A DNA stretch of 64,000 nt from Haliotis cracherodii (lineage: Eukaryota), in NCBI RefSeq assembly GCF_022045235.1, contig NW_027266267.1:39742001-39806000 (forward strand), written 5' to 3'. How positions within the stretch are numbered: position 1 is the stretch's first letter; every line of letters starts with the position of its first letter. The position numbers and the translations under genes were made by a program. The notes under the pieces were generated by a model. That model worked only from the letters and a program-made list of their open reading frames with translations, did no database searches and was not told the DNA's origin. Shown here in pieces: positions 53,201-64,000 of this stretch.

Positions 53201-56026
53201 TTTCATAATACTTATGCTAAATATCGATTATAATACAAATGTACTCCTGGATTGATGAGGTGATGGCCAATAACGTACACTTACGAAATGAACTGATTTA
53301 AAAATCAACGAATCTGTTTTGTGTGTGGCTGCCATCGCATTCCACCAACTCAGTTGAGCATAATTGTTTTGTGGCGGAGCATAAGTGGTTTGTGGCGGAA
53401 CAGTCTGAATGCTTCTTAAAGGTTGTACCTGTTGAGTGGCTTGTTTTTGACGAACACATACAGGTTTCAAAGTAAATATCCACACAATATCATTAAAATC
53501 AGATCTAAGTGCTCGCTTCCGCTACCCAAAGATCTGAGTGAGTGAGTGAGGTTTTACGCCGCTTTTAGCAATATTCCAGCAATATAACGGCGGGGGACAC
53601 TAGTAATGGGCTTCACACATTGTACCCATATCGGGAATTGAGCCCGGTTCTTTGGCGTGATGTGCGAATGCTTTAACCACTAGGCTAACCGACTGCCCCC
53701 GGAAGATCGGAAGATATCCCATAACAGTTAAAGTCAGAATGACCTTTCGTGAACTTTGACCGATAAATGAAATGATTTACAGGAAGTCAGCATGAACAAA
53801 TCAGAAAGCAGCTTTCTCGAACTTTACCATTCTAGTTTCAAACTTGCGACTTTTATTCCAGACTACGTTTTTAAAGATATATTGACAAAAACTTCAAATC
53901 ACAATTTCAAAACTGATCAAAAGAAAATTCCGAAATGTCCAACAAATGGCCAAAATTGTATGACATTACTTCCAACAGGTTATGGAAAGCAAGAGATAAT
54001 TGATGTCTCGCATTCGGAATCAGTCGTCCAGTCAATAACTGTCGTTTGAAATACCCGTGGTTTGCCTTGTTGAGGTTGCATAATTAGAAAACATATTCCG
54101 ACTGTCAGTGTCTCAATCTGGTAAGCAACACTCCGATTGATCGGATGAAAGGTCCTTCTGACGTGTCACGTTATGGGATGTCCTCAGAACTGTGTTTAGC
54201 GGTAGCGAGAGCGAAGATCTGATTTTAATAAGATTGATTTTCCACCTAGTCGATATTTGAAAATGCACATTTCAAAACCAACTTAAGCCTGTGTGCTTAA
54301 CACTAATGCCAAACAGAGTTGAATGGGAACCTTTTTTAAGACATTCCCATTTAAAATCGACCAGCTTAGTTGACCAGTCACTAGAAAGATGTTCAGTCAG
54401 CATTGTTAGTTGCGCCACATCACTGATCAGTGAATAGAATCTATGCTGCACAAGTTTCTGTTTCAAACTAGTCTGCTTGTGTAGCAGCAATATGAGACAA
54501 ACATTCACACCATTCACATCATGCATGGTCCAGGGAAAATCATTAATACTATGACAGGACTGGCCGAATGTCAACAACGTCTGACTAGCCGTGACGTTTC
54601 ATACACTAGGGTTAGAGTAGCTTTCCCTTGATAAAGGGCAGTTATCACCGATGAATTGCCGCGAAAGGCAATTAAAAACAATTTGTGTAGGCAATCGTTT
54701 GTTTTGCATATATGGAGTTACCCCACTGTAGAAGAAACAGGTTTCTGTTGGAACTATATTAGCTACTGTCACTGTCCGACTGACACACCACTTACCCTCT
54801 GATGCTTATATATATTAATGTGCACATTCCAGGAAAAGTTACAATGTTTAGGTAATGTTTGTGAGAAATGGGATTTTCGAGCACAGAATTGCTGGCAAAA
54901 TACAATGTTTATTCCAAGTACAGGATATGTACCATCCCCAAACACACTCGCGTGATAAACTCTTTTACTGAACAATGTTTGATAGACTTGGATAATAGCA
55001 CCCCGCTTCCATGAAAACTCTTTTGCACAAGCATACATCACATCCTTCAACCTTACATTCAACCATTTTCATAATACTTATGCTAAATATCGATTATAAT
55101 ACAAATGTACTCCTGGATTGATGAGCTGATGGCCAATAACGTACACTTACGAAATGAACTGAATCAAAAATCAACGAATCTGTTTTGTGTGTGTCTGCCA
55201 TCGCATTCCACCAACTCAGTTATGCAGAAGTGGTTTGTGGCAGAACAGTCTGAATGCTTCTTAAAGGTTGTACCTGTTGAGTGGCTTGTTTCTGACGAAC
55301 ACATACAGGTTTCAAAGTACATTGTCCACACAATATCATTAAAATCAGATCTAAGTGCTTGCTTCCGCTACCCAAAGATCTGAGTGAGTGAGTGAGGTTT
55401 TACGCCGCTTTTAGCAATATTCCAGCAATATAACGGCGGGGGACACCAGAAATGGGCTTCACACATTGTACCCATGTCGGGAATCGAGCCCAGTTCTTAG
55501 GGGTGATGTGCGAATGCTTTAACCACTAGGCTACCCGACCGCCCCCGGAATATCTGAAGATATCCCATAACAGGTAAAGTCAGAATGACCTTTCGTGAAC
55601 TTTGACCGATAAATGAAATGATTTACAGGAAGTCAGCATGAACAAATCAGAAAGCAGCTTTCTCGAACTTTACCATTCCAGTTTCAAACTTGCGACTTTT
55701 ATTCCAGACTACGTTTTTAAAGATATATTGAAAAAAAATTCAAATCACAATTTCAAAACTGATCAAAAGAAAATTCCGAAATGTCCAACAAATGGCCAAA
55801 ATTGTATGACATTACTTCCAACAGGCTATGGAAAGCAAGAGATGAACGATGTCTCGCATTCGGAATCAGTCGTTCAGTCCATAACTGTCCTTCGAAATAC
55901 CCGTGGTTTACCTTTTTGAAGTTGCATAATTAGAAAACACATTCCGACTGTCAGTGTCTCAATCTGGTAAGCAACACTCTTGATTGATCGGATGAAAGGT
56001 CCTTCTGACGTGTCACCTTATGGGAT
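50210..56026 (+). repeat. Tandem array, ~1.85-kb unit, about 3.15 copies, each full unit carrying a family A SINE (minus strand, 51675-51840, 53535-53700, 55381-55546)
   Basis: Equivalent ORF starts at 51932, 53792 and 55638 (periods 1860 and 1846); units highly similar. Confidence 0.97.
51932..53100 (+). pseudogene. Degenerate RecQ-like SF2 helicase fragment (repeated in each array unit)
   Basis: K.DQ...NG..C..LL(P/S)TGYG(K/R) = motif I context (LLPTGYGK in units 1, 3 and 4); downstream traces EW..F.R, PNV, DMYH..T. Confidence 0.55.
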
Positions 56027-56329
56027 ATCTCATAATTTCTAAGTAAGTAAGAACTCCCTTACTTCTCTGATTATTGTTTAAGTATTAACACAACTCATAA
56101 CTAATACAGTTACATATTCTATCATAAACTGCAGATGGCAAAACAACACAAGTAATAACTTTTTTAGTGCTGCAATTACGCCATTTACAAAAAGGTCCAG
56201 TGAACACGAGCTAATGCATTGCACACAACTGGACATGTGATATTGGCTGGGGATATCAGTATGTCATGCTTGTTTCCCTTGGCTTTATCCTGCCGAGAAA
56301 TCCACCCAGTATATGATAAAGAATAGTTA

Positions 56330-56560
56330 TCCTAACTCGTGTGACTGCCCCGGGCAACAATCACGGATCTGCATCTCATCGGCACTGACTGGATAAGAGT
56401 ACGAATTCCCTCCAGAGGAATTCAGCGCCATTCTGCTTGCAACGCGTTGGCCAGTTGTGGGAGTGTCTGAGGCGTGTCTGACGTTGACGTACACGTCAAT
56501 CGAGTTCATCCCAGAGGTGTTCAATTGGGTTAAGATCTGGAGGTCTTGGCCCAGTACAGC
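56330..56560 (-). mobile_element. Tc1 transposase C-terminal fragment
   Basis: PDLNPIEHLWDEL ... IP..IRTLIQSVPMRCRSVIVARGSHT on the minus strand. Confidence 0.8.
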
Positions 56561-58002
56561 GCGACCCAATTTTGGCACAGCATTGATTTTTCAAAACCAT
56601 CCATCTGGCAATGTAGTGAGTCACAAGCCTTTTGTCAGAGATCTGGCGAGATCCGAGTTTTATGCAACTCGCCGCCGTGGGAATGCCGAGTTGTATACAC
56701 CATCAGTTCGTACAACTTATTGCATACAACAAGTTGTATACAATTAGTTGTACCGTGTGAATGCCCCTTTAGGGATGCAGGTTAGGGACAAACTCCAGAA
56801 TGCCCATATCAAGGAACTTCGGGTAGAGTACAAATGTAGGCTTTAGAATATACAGTTAATAGTCCTTGGTCCCAATATGTTTTTGGTACCACATATACCA
56901 AACATTACACATTAATGTTTTTAACATGATTTTATGTGATAACAATGTTAATTTCACAGCTTTTAACATTTATAGCCACTTTTTTTTAGTGCCATGCTGT
57001 TGCCAGCTTATTTTATATTGTGGAACCAGTTGCAGGCGAGTAGTAGCCACATGCTATTTTTAGTCAAGGAGGCAGCAGCATGGGACCAGGTCTCAGCACT
57101 GGTTGACAGATGTCTCTTATTGCTACATATGGAATTTCATAAATGAACCAAGGTCTATACCAGGTAAGTTACTGTTGCTGTCCAATTATCATTCCTTATT
57201 TTTCTTATTTGAATATTGTTACAGAGAAGTTAAAGTTTTGTTTAGAAATCGGTCATGTCTACATATAGTCCAATGAACTTTTCTTGTAATCTGCTCAAAA
57301 GTGAAATCTAACATACAAATGATCCTCAAAGCTGGTAGTTAGCAGTTAAAAAACATTTTCTAGTTATCCAATGAGCAATGCTTCTTGTTGTTTAAATGTA
57401 TCTATGAAAAGATTTGGTAATTAGATCTGTAGCGACACTGTAAACAAACAACAGAAGATAGTATTTTATTAAGACTATATTATTATGGCATGAGTACTCT
57501 GATGAATTTTACTGTTTTAAAAAAAATATGTATGTCTATAATGTAATAATATGTGCTGGTCTATTAAGACCAATAAGAGAAACATTTGTTGCAAATAAGT
57601 TGATATTTGTAATCATATTGTTTGGGGAATGGGTTTGTTGCCCTTGTGACTCATGGGTTGGGAGGTTGAAGAAATTGAGCGGATATGCTCACTCGACCGG
57701 GCAGGTAGCCGAGCACGCGGAAGCTATGCCTATTTTTTTAATTTGCTTTATGACTGATGGGTTTATTGTTTAAAAACTCTAAGGAATCTTTGTAGGGAAA
57801 GTGTGGGTGTAGTCCTAGTGACTCAGAGATTTGCTGGTCAGATAATATAATATGCAATGGATGATTATTTATAACGATATATGTTTGGCTGGGTGAGCCT
57901 AAATTTATATCTTTGAAATAAATTTACGTTTATGTTAATAGGTTTGCACTGGACTTATAACTATCTTTTGGTTGCAGCACCTATCTGTGAAGGCAGTGGA
58001 CC

Positions 58003-61000
58003 ATGGCAGATAAATCTGATGAAGATGTTTACATCTTGTCCAAACAGAAGACCTACAAGGAATCCTGCATCATTTGTGAAGAGTCTTCTTCAAATTTAAC
58101 CACAATGTCTTCTGTTTCTTCATGGAAAACACTATACAGAGCAGCAAAACTTCGAGAACATGTTAATATTTTAAGATTAGCAGAAATAAAAGAAGAAGAT
58201 AAATTTCCATCACTGCTGTACCACCGTATTTGTCGGAGCAGATTTACAAATGAAAGAGATCTGAAACAGTTCCTGTCACCTGGAGCAACCACAGAGTCTA
58301 TTCTCGTGAGAGAGAAACTGAACAGGTCAGGCCATTCTTCAACAACTGTGTATGAGGCAAAAATGTGTATTTTGCAGCAAGACCAAGTGTGAAAAGGGTA
58401 CCAACTCTAGGGAGCAGTTAGTAATAACTGAGAACTGATGAAACTCTCAGGAGAATAGCAACACTGAAGTTAGATTCTCAAATCCTTTCAGTTACTAGCA
58501 GAGATAGTGTTGCAGCTGAGGTACACTACCATAGAAGTTGCTATAGAGATTACACAAGGGATGAATAGAGGTATCACCATTCAACTCCTGCAGAGCAAAC
58601 CAAAGAAGATCACATTTATGAACATGCTGTATCAATGGCCTATGAAGAAGTTTGTGAGTACATTAGAACCACAGTATTTTCAAACCCATCTGTGCTCAAG
58701 ATGGGTTTGCTAGTAAGTTGAGAAGTCTGCTTGAAAATGCTGGATGCAAGGAAATCTAGGCATCAACAATGAAGCACCTGCATCGTAAACTTTGTTCTGA
58801 ATTTGGTGTCGGCATTCACATATTTACTGACAACAATGGCAAGCTTCTTCTTTTACCAAACATCCTATCTATTGAAACCATTGCCAGAGAAAATCAAAAG
58901 ATGCAAGATGCAGGATGAGGCACTTCACACAGAGTGAATGGTACAGCAATCCAGCCTACCATCCATGGCCCACATCTTGATAAACATTCAGCTCCATCAG
59001 TAGAAAAGACAAGAAGACGCACCATTGACTCAGTTGTTCCATTGTTACAGCTGTACAATGCAGGGATAGAGTTTGACCACCAGCAATACCAGCGCCATGC
59101 TCTCCCTCGGAATCAGCTATGGGTGAATCAATGAAAAAAATCCTAACATGGATTTTTGCAAGACTTCATAACATCCAACAACAGAAGATCAGTTCATGGA
59201 CTGGCTTCAATATATTGGTTCGTGATGAGGATGACATAAAACAGGACACAATAGGAACCTTCCAACCACCAATGCACCTGCCACTAACATGTCCACAGTT
59301 CATGAAATCTTGCAGCAGTCTTTGACCATAATGAATGCTCTTTAATTTAAAAACATTGTAGTCACTTTGGATCAAGCCCTTTATGCCAAAGCAGCTGACA
59401 TTGTTCGGAAACACCAAGACATATTTGGCAATATCATCTTGAGAATCGATTCTTTTCATACAGCATGTACATTCCTAGGTGTCATAGGTAAACGCTTCCA
59501 AGATGCTGGTTTGAAGGACCTTTGTGTTGAAGGTGGGATCCTTGCTAAGGGTTCATTCTCAGGTGTCTTTGAGGGGCGACACTACAATCGTGCAGTGCGG
59601 GTCCATAAAGTCGCATATGAAGCACTGATGAGACTTCAGTGGAAAGGTTTTCAACAATGGGTTGCAGAAAACAACAGTGGGGGTTTGGTAAAAACTGTTC
59701 AGTCAGCACTTGAGAAAGTTGCGTATTTGCAAGACAATGTTGACAAAGAAGCGTTTGAAGCTCTCCATGAAGATGCATCATACACAAATACAATATCAGC
59801 CTTTCAGCAGTACCAAGGCTTTCTGAGGAAGGGACATGGAGATATGTCTGCATTCTGGACATCCTATACAGACATGGTTGAGATTGTTTTGGGTCTAGTC
59901 CGTGCTTGAAGGGAAGGCAACTGGCTGCCGCATTTATCCTGCATCAGATCATTTACATCTTGGTGCTTTTCATATGACAAGCAAAACTATGCCCGATACA
60001 TATCAGCATATCTTGGTCAAATGTCACATTTGTCCTCTACTCACAGAGACATTCATGAATATCTGGAGAACGGTGGGTTTTCTGTTCAAATTGGGTCTGA
60101 CAATTCCTCTGGAGGAAACCGCAAACAAAGACACACAAACGGCAGGAGGAACCAACAGTTTCAGTCTTAAGGCAGGAACTGTTACAACATACTGTCTGAT
60201 GGCAGAATACCGCAGCATCTTCCTTGGACAGATCCGTAATATGACGAAGTTGAATAGATCATCATTCAGTCACCCAGATTTGCAACAGACAAAGATTGCC
60301 AAAGATGGAACTAATGTTGAATCAGTAGTGGATATGCTGGATCAATCATTTCAACATTGCTGAGTTGGTGTCACTATCCACTGCTGCTGCAGCCACTCCA
60401 AACATCCCTTCTGGCCTTCTGAGAGCAGAAGAAGTAGGAGAAAAGTCTGTCAGTCTTCCAGACGTCTTCTTATCATCCCTCTATTGCAGAAATTCCACGA
60501 TAAGCTGCCAAGAAACAATTTGAAAACCTTCAGCAACCTGACCGAGAAGAAGCATAAGGTTCAAACTAGTCAAGCTGAAGCAGTGCTCAGAGCAGATAGA
60601 AATCTGTTTTGCTCATATGGTCATAATAGCACAGAACAGACAACTCAATATGAAATCTGTATTCAGCCACCCCCTTGGACCTTTACCACTGTCACTTGCA
60701 TACCCTGATGGATCACTCAGAAAGACAAGTAAATCAACTTTGGCCAGGGAATTGGAGAAAACTGCACCATTATCAAAAACTATTCCAGAACCATCTTGTA
60801 CTGTGATTGATGGAATGGCAATTGTACAGAAAATCAAGGGTGATAACAAGACTTTCGAAACTGTTGCCGATGACATTTTAGTACAGATTTTGCACGAAGG
60901 AGACAAAAGTCAACAAATTGACGTAGTGTTCGATGAGTAAATAGTGTTTCCATCAAGAACGCAGAAAGAAGTCACCGTGGAGCTGGTACTGGAACACAGT

Positions 61001-62040
61001 TTAAGAACATAGCACCTGGTCACAACATCAGACAATGGCGAAAGTTTCTGTCTAGGTCTTGCAACAAGCAGAATCTCATACAGTTTCTCGTCATTGATTG
61101 GAAGAAGGAGAAATATACTTCTAAGATGGGCAACGAGAACTTGTTCATCACATGTGGAGAGGATTGCATTCAGCTTAGTCCAGAAAGCTGTGACTATATA
61201 GAGGAATGAAACTCAACACAAGAAGAAACAAATACTCGACTTCTTCTTCATGCCAGCCATGCGTCAACTCGAGGTTACAGAACCATTATTGTATGTTCTG
61301 AGGATACCGACGTATTTCTCCTATGCCTGTCTTTGCTTTCCCACCTGCATTCAGATCTCTACATGAAGCTTGGAACAAGAAACAGAACAAGATTCATCAG
61401 TATATCCAACGTTAGGAAGGCACTGGGACAAAACGTATCTGAAGCCATTCTTGGATGGCATGCCTTCACAGGATGCGACACCGTCAGCTCCTTTGCTTGG
61501 AAAGGTAATCTGTCTGCCTTAAGACTACTTAAAGTTAACAAGAAGTACCAAGCCTGCTTCAAAGAACTGGGACTCCATCATAAGTTTCCAGAAGAAGAGT
61601 TTTCCATACTTGAGGAGTTTACTTGCTTTTTGTATGGTTCCTCTCTCAAGCATGTGAATATTTTTCGGCACAACCTTTTCCTTTAAAAAAAAGGTGAAAT
61701 GGAATCCCACCAACTTCCACCATGCAGAGATTGTTTGATGAAACATTCACAGAGAACCAACTATCAAACAGCAATATGGAAGAAAGCTCTCGACGACAGG
61801 ACCAACATCCCATCAACTGATGGCTTTGGATGGACCATGGAACAGACAGCTGATGGATACGACCTGGCAGTTGACTGTGTGAGTGGTCTTCCAGCGCCTG
61901 AAGCTGTTTTGCAGCTGTTGGCCTGCAAGTGTCCCAAGTCATGTAAACTTCCCAACTGCACATGCATCTTAAATAGACAGACCTGTACTAGCATGTGCAA
62001 ACTCCAAACATGCACCAACTTTGGTGAGGAGAGCGAGTAA
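58003..62040 (+). pseudogene. Academ transposase/XPG pseudogene
   Basis: DQALYAKA, GRHYNRAVR.H, NYARY, PLSLA..DGSLRK..KS.L, IDGMA, DVVFD, QEE..TR..LHA, DTDV, HAFTGCDT.S.F..KG, LPP..H..R.NYQ..W, CKC..C...C.C...CT..C; many frameshifts and stops. Confidence 0.85.
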
Positions 62041-62139
62041 GGCGACAGTTGTGGAGACGAAGAAGTTTGACTTGAACTGATAATGTATTTATGTAGATAT
62101 CATCAAGTTTATTTTAATGTCGGCTCTTAATTGGGAGAA

Positions 62140-62700
62140 ACGCCTTAAGTAAGGCAGGTCTTAGACACCTACAATGCTGGTTAAACAACCCTCAGGCACA
62201 GGCATCGTGCTACAGGAATGGGAGCTTGAGTGAAGACAATTGCAGCTTGGATTAGTCAAGTGCACAGGGAAGCTGGGAAGCTTGTCATTCCACCAAACCC
62301 AGACGTGACTATCACTGACAAGGCGCTTCCCTAACAGAATATATGTGCTATATTGCAAAGAACTAGCCGGTCAGCTACTCACGATGACCTTGACATCTCA
62401 CCCAACTTGATTACTGACAATGAGAAAGGATTTGTGGATGTCAATGTTTTCAACATTACTACAAGGACAGTAGTCATTCACCCCATGCTCTTCTATGTGA
62501 GATCCAGCCTGTATTTGTTGAAGAACAGCTTACCTTGGAAGACAGTTCTTAGGACAGCACTTCGCTCTTTAACATGATGGACATAAAGTCTTCATGAATC
62601 TCATCCACTCAGCATAAAGAGGGATTGCAGGTTGTCTCTGACTATTTAGACATGTTCTCTCATGTTGACCTTGACCTTGGACACACTAGTGCATGTACAT
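62140..62700 (+). mobile_element. Gypsy-like pol fragment inside the Academ 3' region
   Basis: VNVFNITTRTVVIHP..LCEIQPV and DYLDMFSHVDLDLGHT (protease-RT linker). Confidence 0.55.
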
Positions 62701-63187
62701 GTAGGTACAATGAATTCAAATGTGACTTAGTTGTGTTTCAATGATATTGTGGATGGAGAATCAGTAGACAAAACCTTAATGACAATCAAGATTGCTAACA
62801 AATTCTATTTTCAATTATTGGGATTTTGATACCTTGTGGTGGACAAAATCATGTCCAACTTACGAAAAAGGTCTAAAATAATTACATATTATCATTTCAC
62901 AACCCAGATGAGCATACATATGGCTATATGATATTAAAGTATCAATAAGACATACATATGTGTGCTTTAAATGGGGAAAAGGGACAGAAAATCTTTCATT
63001 TCCAATGTTTAATATTTGTTACTATTTTTAGACACCCTCAAATGTCAAAGGTCATTTCTATAAATAAGCTGCCGTAAAATCCTTGCTATCATATCATAAT
63101 ATGACTAATGTACACCAGGCTGTACAAAAATGCATATGTCCCAAGTGGTACCAATTTGCCAATTTTTCTTTCTGGGACCAAGCCACT

Positions 63188-64000
63188 AATACTTATGCTG
63201 TACACATCCTCTCTTTTCGTGTTGTTGACTGGACAAAACACGAAATTCAAAGAATTGGCATCCTAACATGAAGAATCAAATCAGACAATAGATCCAACCA
63301 CCCTCGCTCCTCCTGCAATCATTAATATTTACAACTCATTGGAGGGTGTGGTTTGATTAACGTGGATACCCTTTATGATAGAATTGTTTTGTGCACTTTT
63401 GCACACATATATTTGTCTCATGATCCTCTTGTGATGCATGTCAAACTCATGATGAAAACAAGGCATTACATAGTTTGCTTAAACAAGCAAAGAATGTGGG
63501 ACATAATCTCAATGTCAGTGTTGATTTTGTTGATGGTTCTGTACTCCTGGACGGTACAGAAATGAGTGTCAACCAAGCGAAGTGCCATATCAAATTGGCC
63601 CAGGCTCGGTTTTTAAAGGAGAGGCTGTCTTAACGATCAATGCATCGATTGTATGTGCAGTGTGCCGAGAGGGACAGCAACCCCTTCCTTTGCTTTGATG
63701 AAGTCAGCTGGCCTGAAAGTGAAACAGAAGGCTTTCTGTTTGCTGCTCAGGACCAGTCATTTCCCGCTCGAAACCGTCAATGTCTGATTTTGCATAAAAA
63801 TGTAAATAAAAAATGTTGATTTTGCAAAGAATTTAATGAGATTGTCCAATACTTGTCAGTGGATGCCCAGCTTTTGCACAAACATAGTATCTTAAGCGAC
63901 ATGAAGTAGCTCAATCATTTTATTACCGTCTTCGACATGCTTGTGGTTTTGACACAGAGGTCCAACAACCCGGAATATGTAGAGGGCGTCATGGAAATAG
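63188..64000 (+). mobile_element. R4/Dong-like (RLE-type) non-LTR retrotransposon fragment; its upstream part is about 56768-56860
   Basis: NTYAV..SF..VDW..EI, GGCGLIN, SETEGFLFAAQDQ..RN, VSGCPAFA..YLKRH; the left flank of Academ reads LG...K..EYK.RL. Confidence 0.75.

Larger units (their letters stand above)
56861..63187 (+). mobile_element. Academ-type DNA transposon (transposase + XPG-like nuclease + Cys-rich tail), defective
   Basis: Imperfect TIRs agt-ccttggtccca / tgggaccaagccact; 3-bp TSD AAT at 56858-56860 and 63188-63190. Confidence 0.8.

Overview
AT-rich, repeat-dense eukaryotic DNA from an invertebrate. The SINE families and (ACTC)n tails suggest a gastropod mollusc, probably abalone (Haliotis); this is recognition, not a search result. 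Most of the window is nested, decayed transposable elements: RTEX-like LINEs, an I/Nimb-clade LINE with TSD, an R4-like LINE, Tc1, MULE, a 9.2 kb EnSpm/CACTA-type element, an Academ transposon, two DIRS relics, Helentron-type non-autonomous elements and several SINE families. One host gene, largely missed by the ORF track, lies on the minus strand and splices an atypical Ig V-like exon to a complete CUB domain. Main observations: (1) a candidate HDV-like self-cleaving ribozyme starts exactly at the TSD-defined 5' end of the Nimb-like LINE; (2) a tRNA-less short retroposon family keeps a reduced form of the same pseudoknot plus this LINE's 5'UTR motif and 3' tail; (3) a 2A-like motif sits in the ORF1 region of an RTEX-like LINE; (4) a 1.85 kb tandem array carries a degenerate RecQ-like helicase. 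All calls were made by eye; family assignments rest on remembered motifs.
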